20,000 bases of DNA. Origin: an uncultured virus (IMG/VR IMGVR_UViG_3300018428_002561). Taxonomy: Duplodnaviria > Heunggongvirae > Uroviricota > Caudoviricetes. This document shows positions 1-9,500 of the stretch, one piece after another. The DNA lies in IMG/VR virus record IMGVR_UViG_3300018428_002561; one strand, 5' to 3'. The stretch's first letter is position 1, and each line of letters starts with the position of its first letter. The position numbers and the translations under genes are program-made. Under the pieces are notes generated by a model, which had not been told where the DNA came from, searched no databases, and saw only the letters and a program-made list of their open reading frames with translations.

Positions 1-1
1 T

Positions 2-73
2 AATATTGTCCAAGTAGTAGCAAGTACAGATGATGCTGTAGACGCTATAGCAAGTTATGTGGAGATAGTATAA
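2..73 (+). CDS. 3' end of a small phage protein (5'-truncated); C-terminus resembles that of the 106-aa protein at 13609
   Basis: Frame 2 is open from the window edge: NIVQVVASTDDAVDAIASYVEIV*. Its TAA (71-73) overlaps the next ATG (TAATG). Not in the ORF track. Confidence 0.75.
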   Translation, partial: NIVQVVASTDDAVDAIASYVEIV

Positions 74-516
74 TGAGTCATTATATAGGAAGTAATCCAA
101 CAGACGTACAAAACGGATTTATCAAAAGATATTTTTACGGTTTACGTAGGAATGATGATGGTGAATTATTTTTAGTTAGAGTTGATCAACTTGCAGGCGG
201 AGACTCAAACAGTGTTACAATTAACGATTTAGGTATATCAGAAGAAAACTTTTTAGATTTTGAAGAAGGTATTGATTACTTAGATGGTATTGATGAAAAT
301 AAAGATATTGTTTATCCTAACTTGCGTTACCCTCAACTACGTTGGGACGGTAGAAGTTTAACATATTATATTGAAGCAGGCACAGGACATTTTGTACAAT
401 CAGTTAGTGAAAAAGTAACATTCGAAGATAATATTAGTTCACCAGCATACGGTGAAGGTGTAGATAATGCGGTATTGCTTCCTGGTGAAACAGGCGGACC
501 AGGACCAGGATACTAG
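73..516 (+). CDS. Hypothetical phage protein (acidic, probably virion-associated)
   Basis: 147-aa ORF with GGAG at 61-64 upstream, coupled to the previous ORF, and 10 nt before the next gene. No recognisable catalytic motif. Confidence 0.8.
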   Translation: MSHYIGSNPTDVQNGFIKRYFYGLRRNDDGELFLVRVDQLAGGDSNSVTINDLGISEENFLDFEEGIDYLDGIDENKDIVYPNLRYPQLRWDGRSLTYYIEAGTGHFVQSVSEKVTFEDNISSPAYGEGVDNAVLLPGETGGPGPGY

Positions 517-526
517 GGGAAAATAA

Positions 527-3500
527 ATGGCAGAATTTAAACTAGAACGTTTTAAGTATACATGGAAAGGTGAATGGATCGCAGCCACAGTATACAAACG
601 TGATGACATTGTAAGAGTTGGCGGTAAAACATATGTGTGTTTAGAAGGACATACAGCTGATACTAAATTTAAAACCGACTTACTTGCTACATTGCCTGGA
701 AGTAATCCACCACAAGCAGCCCCTAAGTGGAGATTAATGACAGATGGTAGATCTTTTAAAGGTGCGTGGGCAACAGCGACTACATATGCAATTAGTGATA
801 TTGTATTAAAAGACGGATCACTTTGGGTATGTCTAAACGAACATGATTCAACAGAATTTTATGTAAACAAAGACGACTGGGCCCTGCTTGCAGAGTCAGT
901 AAAATATACTACTAATTGGGAAACAGCAACTGATTATGGTACAGGTGCATTAGTAAAATATAATGGCATCGTATACAAGTGTATAGTTCCTCATGTATCG
1001 GGATTGTTTTTAGAAGATAACTTAGTTACTACACCTTCAAATATTCAAGTTGCTGTAGTAAGAAATGCAGAAGACACAGCAAACATTTATACATTAAATG
1101 GTATTCCTCAAGCAGAATTAACGTTTGCATTTGGCAAAACATATGTATTTGATCAAAGTGCTCCTCAAGACGGTAGCGATGATACAAATTTATATTTTGG
1201 CGGCGGCTTTGACCAGAACGGCGATCCAGTACAGAATCCACATCCATTATTATTAAGTATTACTGATGATGGGCTTTGGAATAGCGGAGTTCCTTATGCA
1301 GACGGTGTAACATATTTTCTTAACGGTAACGAAGTTACACAGCAAGTATATGTTTCAAATTTTGCACAAGCAACAACTAGACAGGTAAGATTTACTGTAC
1401 CATATACCGCACCAGAAACACTTTATTACTATTGTAGATATCATGCAGGAATGGGTGCGTCCCTTGCTACTGAAACATCTGCAGATGTTTCATGGGAAGT
1501 TTACCACAGCGGAATTGAATATGTAGGTGCATGGGCAAGAGACACTCTATATAGAAAAAACGATTTAGTATTATATGGCGGTAGTATATGGAGATGTACA
1601 GAAACACACCAATCTGCTTCTCAAGGATTTTTAGATGGTGACGGCAATCTTGCAGATCAATTAGATACTACTAAATTTGCTATAGAATTACCAGGCTTTC
1701 AATATGAGTCAGAATGGAGTGACACAGCAGAATATCAAGCAGGCGATGTTGTACGATATGGTGGTTACTTATATTTTGCAACCAAATACAATAGAGATGA
1801 TCAACCCGCCCAGTCACAAGACAGTACATCAAGTTGGGTAGAACTTCAATATGGTTACAACTTTAGAGGTGAATGGGTAGACGGCGCAGAATATAATCCA
1901 GGCGACATAGTTCAACGAGGCGGCGAACTATACATGGCTCTAGTTTCTATAGGTAAAGTAGAAGTTGACGGAAGTACATCTGATTATCTGCAAACAGAAA
2001 AATGGCAATTACTTGTTCCAAGTAAAACTTGGGGCGAAGCATGGATTACAGGACGTACATATTTTGTTGGTGAAGTTGTTTACCACTTTGGTAGTGCTTA
2101 TGTTTGTAACGAAGCACACGTTAGTACAAATGATAACTTTCCTGGAGATAACGGTAGCGGATACTTTTATTGGGATACATTAGTTGAAGCAGGACAACCG
2201 TCAGGTTTGTCAGCCCAAGGCGATCTACTAACTTATAATTTAAGTAGAACAAACGTTGGCGACGGTAGTACTATTGGCCCTGCAGGAGTAGCTATAGGCG
2301 AAGAAAGACAACTGTTATCAGTTAACGATGACGACACTGTATTTTGGAAAAATTATCTAAGAACAGCGCAAGAAATTTATGTTGGGCATCATGGCATGGA
2401 CACAGAAGGATATGGACGAGATCCAAATAGACCATTTAGGTCCGTGAGATATGCTTGTGAATTTGTAGAAGAAACATTTCCAGCATTAACACCTGTAAAA
2501 ATTAAAGTTGATACAGGAAGGTACACAGAAATAGGCCCAATTAGCGTACCAGCAGGTACAGCGGTAATGGGCGACGAACTTAGATCTGTAACTATTGTTG
2601 CAAATCCGAGATTAGACGAATATCAAAATGAAACAGAAGAATTTAATGCTGCATGGGATTATGTAACAAGTATTTTACTTAACTTGTTTAGCAATGTTGA
2701 CGTTCCACCACTTCCTGGAAATACACTTACACAACCTAAGACTACCTTAACTTTAGGATTAAGTGAAGTTAACTTAGCAATTACTCTTATTGATGTAATT
2801 AAAGATAAAGTTGAATTTAACGCAGAAAGCGGTGCTGTTGATCCTATTATGACAGGAACAAACACCCTTACATCAAACAGTGTTAGACGTCAAACAGCTT
2901 CTAAACTAGAAAGTTTACAAAGTTATCTTTCTCAACAAGTTGAAGCATGGGTGCGTGAAAACTATCCAACTAAACAATTTAGAATGAATAGAATAGCAGA
3001 AGATTTTATACACTTCTTTAAAGCTATCTGCTATGATTTAAGGTACGAAGGAACTTACAAATCAATACTATCAGCTGAAAGATATGCCAATGCAATTACA
3101 GGTAGTAATCTAAGTGATTTATTTAGAATGAGAGATACAACTGGCTTACGTCAATGTACTGTTGAAGGACTAGATGGAGCACTAAACCCACCAGGTGTTT
3201 ACGACTTATACCAAAGACCAACATCGGGTGCCTTTACAGCACTTGATCCAGGTTGGGGAACAGCAGATGATAGAACATGGATTAAACGTAGATCACCTTA
3301 CATACAAGGTGTAACAACTATTGGTACAGCATGTACAGGTATGCGTGTAGATGGATTATTACATAACGGTGGTAACAAGTCTATGACAGCAAACGACTAT
3401 ACACAAGTGTTAAGTGATGGTATTGGTGCATGGATTTCAGACAATGGTAGAGCAGAGCTTGTGTCAGTGTTTACATACTATAACCAAGTTGGATATTTAG

Positions 3501-6500
3501 CAGAACGTGGAGGAGTTATTCGTGCAACAAACGGTAACAACTCATACGGAAAATACGGTAGTATTGCAGACGGCATTGATCCTAACGAAGTACCTATTAC
3601 AGCATCAGTGTTCAACAGAGATAATGAAGCAACGGTAGACGGGGTGTTTGCAGGAGCGTTTGGTGATGAAATCCTAATTTATGAATATGCAAATGCAGGC
3701 GAAAATTATACCACAGCTACAAGCACTATAACAGGTGCAGGAGCAAATGCTGAAGCATTACACGAAGATATTAGACACGGTGCATTATTCCAATCAAGAA
3801 TTGTTAATCCTGCAGACAGCGGAGCAATAGGCGGAGTAGGATATACAAATATTCAAAACCAAGCAACTATTGGAGATAGTACAAGTATTACCTTAAACGT
3901 CAACGAAACAATTACTGAAGAAGAAATTGTAGGACAAGCACTTTATATTATTTCAGGTGATGGTACAGGACAATATGGTTATGTATCTGCCTATAACGAA
4001 CTTAATCAAATTGCTTCTATAAACAAAGAAAGCACAGGTCAACCAGGGTGGGATCATTTACTTCCTGGTACTACAATTGAAACAACACTGAGCTCAAATA
4101 CTAGATATCAAATTGAACCACGCATAGTATCATCGGCACCGTCATATGCAGCAAACAACTATAACATTGCAAGTGGTAGAGATATTATAGATGTTGCATT
4201 TAGTAATACAACTTTTGAATTTACAGACATTGAAGGACAACCAGGAACAGGTGACGTTATAACGCAAGATGGTCTTGCTCCTGCTAATGCAAGATTTGAT
4301 ATTACTAAAAACGGACTTGTCTATGAAGTAACTATTGCAGATGGTGGTTTAGGATACGCTATTGGTGATTCTATTACAATTTTAGGTAGTGTATTAGGCG
4401 GCGATGATGTTACTAATGACTGTCATATTAAAGTGAGTGGTGTAACTGACGATAGTTCAAACTCGATTACAAGTGTAGTTGTAACAGGTACAGGACGTAG
4501 TGGTAAGTTTGTTGCTATCGCAAAACCAAATTTTGTGTTAGAAAGTGATACAGGACAAGGTTGGAATGAAGTATTATTGCCAAACTCTACAGCCATTGAT
4601 TGGATCAAAGTAGCTGCAGGTGCAAATAGATTTGTTGCTATTGCTAAAGGTACTGATGAAGCTGCATATAGTTTAGATGGAGTAAATTGGAATTCTGTAA
4701 CATTACCTTTTGTGGAAGATTGGATTGACATTACTTTTGGAGAAGGTAGATTTGTTGTTATTGCTGAAAACTCTACAAATGTTATTCAATCAGCAGATGG
4801 TATAACATGGACATCTAGTAACATGCCTAACGATGCTGTTGGTGACAGTGCATCAGCAGAATGGCAAGGACTTACATACGGTAAAGGTAAGTTTGTTGCT
4901 GTAGCAGGTAACGACGGTGTAGTAGGTCATAGTACAGATGGAACTACATGGACATTTGATACTGGGTTCCCAGCAACACCTAATTTACAGGTTGCAGGGT
5001 TAGCATACGGTAATAATAGATATCTTGCACTACTAGAAACAGGCGAAACTTACTATAGTTTTGATGGTTCAACTTGGACACAAGGAGCAGATGCTCCAAC
5101 ACAGGACGGATCAACAACTATGCGTTGGAATGATATGAAGTTTGCAGAAGGTGTGTTCTTTGCTATATGTGATGCAAACAATCAAATTGTTGGCGGCGAT
5201 ATAGACGGTAATAACACAAATTTTGCGGCAACTACTGAAGACGGAATACTGTGGACAGGCAGAACTCTTGCAGCGTCTAAAACTTACTTTGGACTAGGCT
5301 TTGGTGTTGTTAATAACGTAGGTAGTTGGATTATAGGAACTAAAAACACCGCAATAGGAGGCATTGCAAAAGTAGAAACAGGTGCAAAAGTAAAAGTCCG
5401 TGCAAAACTAGGTAGTGGCGGCTTAATACAAACAATAAAGATTCTTGATTGCGGTAGTGGATATTCTCCTCAAAACCCACCAGTATTTACAATTACAGAT
5501 AATGCATACACTGTAGGCATTGGGTGGGAAAATAGAGTAGGTAATGGAGTTCTTGCACAACCAAGTTGGACTAACAGAGGTATTGGTTACAGATCAAGCA
5601 CTACAAGAGTTGATATTACAGGCGATGGCTATGCTGACTTTATACCAGAAACTAACATTATAAAAATTGCAGGTTTACCGAGAGTACCAACTATTGGTAG
5701 CCAGTTGTTGTTCCCTAATATTCCAGACGATACAACAGACAATCCAGACGATCTAAAAAGTTTTAGAGTTGCTGTTGCAACAGATTTAGGTGATGATGGC
5801 ACTGGTAATGGAACAAAACTAGTACAATTCCAAATCAGTCCTAGAATGCGTAACGAATACGATCTAGTTCATAATACAAGTGTAACAATTAACGAAAACT
5901 TTAGCCAATGTAGAATTACAGGACATGACTTCTTAGACATTGGTACTGGTAATTTCTTAGAAACAAATTACCCAGAAATATATGCAGGCGGCAACTACTT
6001 TGTTAGTGCGCCTGAAAATGAAGTATACGAAACCGGAGGCGGACGTATATTCTACGTAAGTACAGACCAAGACGGTAACTTTAGAGCTGGTGAACTATTT
6101 TCAGTACAACAGGCTACTGGTGTTGTGACAATTAGTGCCGAGTTCTTTGATCTAGATGGCCTTAGCGAACTATCACTAGGTGGTGTAAGACTAGGTGGTT
6201 CGGGCGCGGTTGTTAGAGAGTTTAGTACAGACCCAACATTTGCTGAGGATAGTAATAATGTAGTACCAACACAGAGAGCTATTGCAACATTCCTTGCAGA
6301 TAGATTAAGCGTTGGCGGTTCAGATCTAGAGTTAAATGCATTCTCAGCGGGACAGATTTATGTAGGAGGACCAGACAATCAATTTGACAACATACAAGAT
6401 GCACAAATATTAGTTGGTGTGCCTGTTAATATGGAAGGTACAGACGCTAACGGCAATCCTGTAGGAATAAGCGGTTCATATGTTGGACAAATGATGTTAC

Positions 6501-6529
6501 TTCGTAATTTTGATGATGGTATGAAGTAA
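527..6529 (+). CDS. Giant modular virion structural / tail fibre-like protein A (CBM5/12-like repeats, cupredoxin-like insert, pectin-lyase-like beta-helix, Asp-box/BNR propeller)
   Basis: 2000-aa ORF. Seven W-x-G-x-W...Y..GD.V.YGG..Y.C...H repeats; YYYCRYHAGMG motif; IYVGHHGMD...PFRSVRYA...IKVDTGRYTE...GDELRS beta-helix start; repeated S-x-D-G-x-x-W; C-terminal EFSTDP...VVPTQRAI. Collinear with 6580..13593. Confidence 0.8.
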   Translation: MAEFKLERFKYTWKGEWIAATVYKRDDIVRVGGKTYVCLEGHTADTKFKTDLLATLPGSNPPQAAPKWRLMTDGRSFKGAWATATTYAISDIVLKDGSLWVCLNEHDSTEFYVNKDDWALLAESVKYTTNWETATDYGTGALVKYNGIVYKCIVPHVSGLFLEDNLVTTPSNIQVAVVRNAEDTANIYTLNGIPQAELTFAFGKTYVFDQSAPQDGSDDTNLYFGGGFDQNGDPVQNPHPLLLSITDDGLWNSGVPYADGVTYFLNGNEVTQQVYVSNFAQATTRQVRFTVPYTAPETLYYYCRYHAGMGASLATETSADVSWEVYHSGIEYVGAWARDTLYRKNDLVLYGGSIWRCTETHQSASQGFLDGDGNLADQLDTTKFAIELPGFQYESEWSDTAEYQAGDVVRYGGYLYFATKYNRDDQPAQSQDSTSSWVELQYGYNFRGEWVDGAEYNPGDIVQRGGELYMALVSIGKVEVDGSTSDYLQTEKWQLLVPSKTWGEAWITGRTYFVGEVVYHFGSAYVCNEAHVSTNDNFPGDNGSGYFYWDTLVEAGQPSGLSAQGDLLTYNLSRTNVGDGSTIGPAGVAIGEERQLLSVNDDDTVFWKNYLRTAQEIYVGHHGMDTEGYGRDPNRPFRSVRYACEFVEETFPALTPVKIKVDTGRYTEIGPISVPAGTAVMGDELRSVTIVANPRLDEYQNETEEFNAAWDYVTSILLNLFSNVDVPPLPGNTLTQPKTTLTLGLSEVNLAITLIDVIKDKVEFNAESGAVDPIMTGTNTLTSNSVRRQTASKLESLQSYLSQQVEAWVRENYPTKQFRMNRIAEDFIHFFKAICYDLRYEGTYKSILSAERYANAITGSNLSDLFRMRDTTGLRQCTVEGLDGALNPPGVYDLYQRPTSGAFTALDPGWGTADDRTWIKRRSPYIQGVTTIGTACTGMRVDGLLHNGGNKSMTANDYTQVLSDGIGAWISDNGRAELVSVFTYYNQVGYLAERGGVIRATNGNNSYGKYGSIADGIDPNEVPITASVFNRDNEATVDGVFAGAFGDEILIYEYANAGENYTTATSTITGAGANAEALHEDIRHGALFQSRIVNPADSGAIGGVGYTNIQNQATIGDSTSITLNVNETITEEEIVGQALYIISGDGTGQYGYVSAYNELNQIASINKESTGQPGWDHLLPGTTIETTLSSNTRYQIEPRIVSSAPSYAANNYNIASGRDIIDVAFSNTTFEFTDIEGQPGTGDVITQDGLAPANARFDITKNGLVYEVTIADGGLGYAIGDSITILGSVLGGDDVTNDCHIKVSGVTDDSSNSITSVVVTGTGRSGKFVAIAKPNFVLESDTGQGWNEVLLPNSTAIDWIKVAAGANRFVAIAKGTDEAAYSLDGVNWNSVTLPFVEDWIDITFGEGRFVVIAENSTNVIQSADGITWTSSNMPNDAVGDSASAEWQGLTYGKGKFVAVAGNDGVVGHSTDGTTWTFDTGFPATPNLQVAGLAYGNNRYLALLETGETYYSFDGSTWTQGADAPTQDGSTTMRWNDMKFAEGVFFAICDANNQIVGGDIDGNNTNFAATTEDGILWTGRTLAASKTYFGLGFGVVNNVGSWIIGTKNTAIGGIAKVETGAKVKVRAKLGSGGLIQTIKILDCGSGYSPQNPPVFTITDNAYTVGIGWENRVGNGVLAQPSWTNRGIGYRSSTTRVDITGDGYADFIPETNIIKIAGLPRVPTIGSQLLFPNIPDDTTDNPDDLKSFRVAVATDLGDDGTGNGTKLVQFQISPRMRNEYDLVHNTSVTINENFSQCRITGHDFLDIGTGNFLETNYPEIYAGGNYFVSAPENEVYETGGGRIFYVSTDQDGNFRAGELFSVQQATGVVTISAEFFDLDGLSELSLGGVRLGGSGAVVREFSTDPTFAEDSNNVVPTQRAIATFLADRLSVGGSDLELNAFSAGQIYVGGPDNQFDNIQDAQILVGVPVNMEGTDANGNPVGISGSYVGQMMLLRNFDDGMK
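563..2185 (+). repeat. Seven ~50-aa Trp/Tyr-rich protein repeats (CBM5/12 chitin-binding-like) in protein A
   Basis: Examples: WKGEWIAATVYKRDDIVRVGGKTYVCLEGH, YVGAWARDTLYRKNDLVLYGGSIWRCTETH, WGEAWITGRTYFVGEVVYHFGSAYVCNEAH. Confidence 0.75.
4502..5340 (+). repeat. Asp-box/BNR-like beta-propeller repeats in protein A
   Basis: YSLDGVNW, QSADGITW, HSTDGTTW, YSFDGSTW and TTEDGILW, alternating with [YF]G-x-G-[RK]-FV-A-V strands. Confidence 0.7.
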
Positions 6530-6551
6530 TTTTATAGGACAGTAAAAAATG

Positions 6552-6559
6552 TATAAATA
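6552..6559 (+). promoter_or_regulatory. T4-type late promoter (TATAAATA)
   Basis: Exact TATAAATA in the 50-nt gap between the two giant genes, followed by GGAG (6567-6570) and the ATG at 6580. Matches the gp55-dependent late promoter consensus. Confidence 0.75.
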
Positions 6560-6579
6560 CAATAACGGAGCATTAAAAA

Positions 6580-9500
6580 ATGGCAGAATTTAAACTAGGT
6601 AGAATAAGATTTGTGTGGAAAGACGCATGGTCTTCTGCCACTACATATTACAAAGACGATGTTGTAAGATTCGGAGGTAAGGTATACATTTGTGTGATTG
6701 GCCACACAAGTGCAACTGATTTCTTTACAGATTTTGAAATAGTACCACCTAAATGGAATCTTGTAAGTGACGGTCAAACATGGAAGGGTGAGTGGGCAAC
6801 AAGCACCGGATATGTTTACGGAGATATTGTACAATATGGTGCAAGATTATACATTTGTAAAGTTGTTCACACATCACAAGCAACAGTAGCAGCTGGCCTA
6901 GAAGCTGATATTGCTAATTGGGATGTCTATGCTGACGGTTTAGCATGGAAAGGCGACTGGACCGTAGATACAAAGTACCTAATAAATGATCTAGTAAAAT
7001 ACGGCGGCCAAACTTATGTGTGTAATACATATCATACATCTGCTGCAACTGAAGCCGACGGGCTAGAAGCAGACCAGGCAAGTTGGGACGTATTTAATGC
7101 AGGTATCGAATACAAAAGTACATGGACATCTGGAACTAGATATAAAGTTAATGACGTAGTTCAGTATGGTGCAGCTCTTTGGATTTGTACTACTGAACAT
7201 ACTGGCTCAACATTGTTTAGTACAGATAGTGCAAATTGGGAACAATTTGTTAGAGGATTCCAATTTGAATCAGACTGGGAAGCACTAAGACAATATCAAA
7301 AAGGTGATATTGTTAGATACGGCGGCAACCAATATATTGCACTTACTAACCATAGCGAGAAAAATCCTGTCGTAGAAACTACAGACTGGCAACTATTCTC
7401 ACAAGGTATTAGATTTTTAGGTGACTGGCAAGATGACAGTACACTTCAAGATTATAGAGTAGGAGAAGTTGTTCGATACGGTGGCTACACATATATTTGT
7501 ACAGCAGATCACCAAGATCAAACACCTACTGATACAAACTATTGGCAACGACTAAACACTGGCCTAAGATGGAGAGGTGAGTGGGTAGATGATCAAGAAT
7601 ATCTATTAGGTGACGTTGTAAGATTTACAGACAACTCTTACGTTTGTGTTCAAGGACACTTTTCAGAAGGCGACGACTTTTCAACAATACAAACACAGCC
7701 CGGAGGCGGCGGTGCACAGAATTCACGTCCTGATTTAGATACAACAGGTACATACTGGCAAGTATTGTCAATTGGTAATGAAGCAAGTGTACTAACTACA
7801 AAAGGTGATTTAGTTTATTATGCAGCAGGCGGACCAGCAAGATTACCTGTCGGTGCTGAAGGACAATTTTTACAAGTCAGCAACAATCAAACACCTGAAT
7901 GGGCTTACATGGGCGTCGCAGACGATGTTTATTATGTAGCAACACACGGCGCAGATACACCTGCTCCTACTAATGGACGTTCAATTGACAAACCGTGGAA
8001 AACAATAAGATACGCAGCAGAACAAGTAGAAAGAGGAGCAAAGAATCCCCAAGCAAGACGTTTACTAGAACTGAACAGATATTTTATACAAAGAGAAATT
8101 GTAGAATGGACTGACGCTCAAATTACAGGTAACATTTCACCATTCACTGCAGGTTTTGATTACGATAGTGCTAAATGCGAAAGAGACATGGGCTATATTA
8201 TTGATGCTGTAATATGGGATATTACACACGGCGGAAATGTAAAGTCAAGAGAAGCTGCACTTTCCTATATTAATGATACTGTTGGATCACCATATCTTAC
8301 ACAAAAAGCAGAAACTGTAGCAAGTATAAATTATGGCTTAGAAGTTATACAGGCTGTATTGAATCAAGAAGCACCGGCTGTAAATTATCAAGTTAACAAC
8401 GGAGATAATTCAACAGCAATAGTTGCACAATACTTTGATGCAAGTCTTTCATCAGAAACTGTATATACTGAAATTTCAAATCTTGTAAAAATTATTACAG
8501 ATGCAATTACAGCAGGTAATGCAGATAATATTCCAGACAGATTAATACGTAACAGTCTTATAAAAGTTGCAACAGGAAAATACTACGAAGTATTGCCTAT
8601 AATTGTACCTGCAGAATGTTGTATAATTGGTGACGAACTACGTTCTACAAACGTATTCCCAAGAAAATCAAACAATTCAACACTTACTTCTGCAGAAGAT
8701 TATTTGTATAGTAACACAGCAATTGAAAGAGTTGAAGCAATTATTGGAGACATTGTAGAAGGTGTAGCTGTAACAGCAACAACAGGAAATACACAAACAC
8801 AAAGTACTCTTTATCCTTTAGCAAACAACGAAACAGGGTATGTTAGACAAGCAACTGAACAATTAGCAAGACTTTATAGAAGAAGAACAGACTGGGCTTT
8901 AGGACGCAAAGAAGAAGCAATAGCAACATTTACATTAGCTGACGAAATGGCTGATCCTAATGCAGGCTATGCTAGAAACTTGCTTATTGCTAACAGAGAA
9001 TTTTTAAAAGCAGAATTAATTGGCTACATTACAGAAAACTATCCAGACTTAAAATACAGCAGAACAGCATGTAAAAAAGATGTTGGATACCTAATTGATG
9101 CTGTAGCATACGACTTAACATATGGCGGTAACTGGCAAACTGTAAATGCCGGTGAAGCATATTATGTTGGTGCAACTTCGAACTTACCAGCGGCACAGAA
9201 AGCGGCAACACTAGCAGCTTATGGGTACCTAAAAGGTATTATGCAAACTGTAGGTAGAAACATTACTGTTACTCCTGGCACACAGTCTACTGTAGAACAA
9301 GTAGTTGGTGATCCAGGGGATGCTGCAAGCGCAACAACAATAGGCGACTTACTAGACGACTTTATTAATATTGTTGATAACGGTACTGGTAGCGAGACTA
9401 TAGTATATCCAAGTATTACTGGTGCTGCGGCAGGTTTACAAACTGACCATTCACTATTAGGGTCAGCGGCTGCTACAATTAAAACAGACACAACAAACTG

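Noticed and set aside
563..2185. Cys/His pairs as c-type heme-binding motifs
   Set aside because: The motif is C-x3-H with a single Cys, not CxxCH.
4502..5340. Calling the Asp-box propellers active sialidases
   Set aside because: Asp-box repeats occur in many non-catalytic propellers, and I could not identify an RIP motif or arginine triad.
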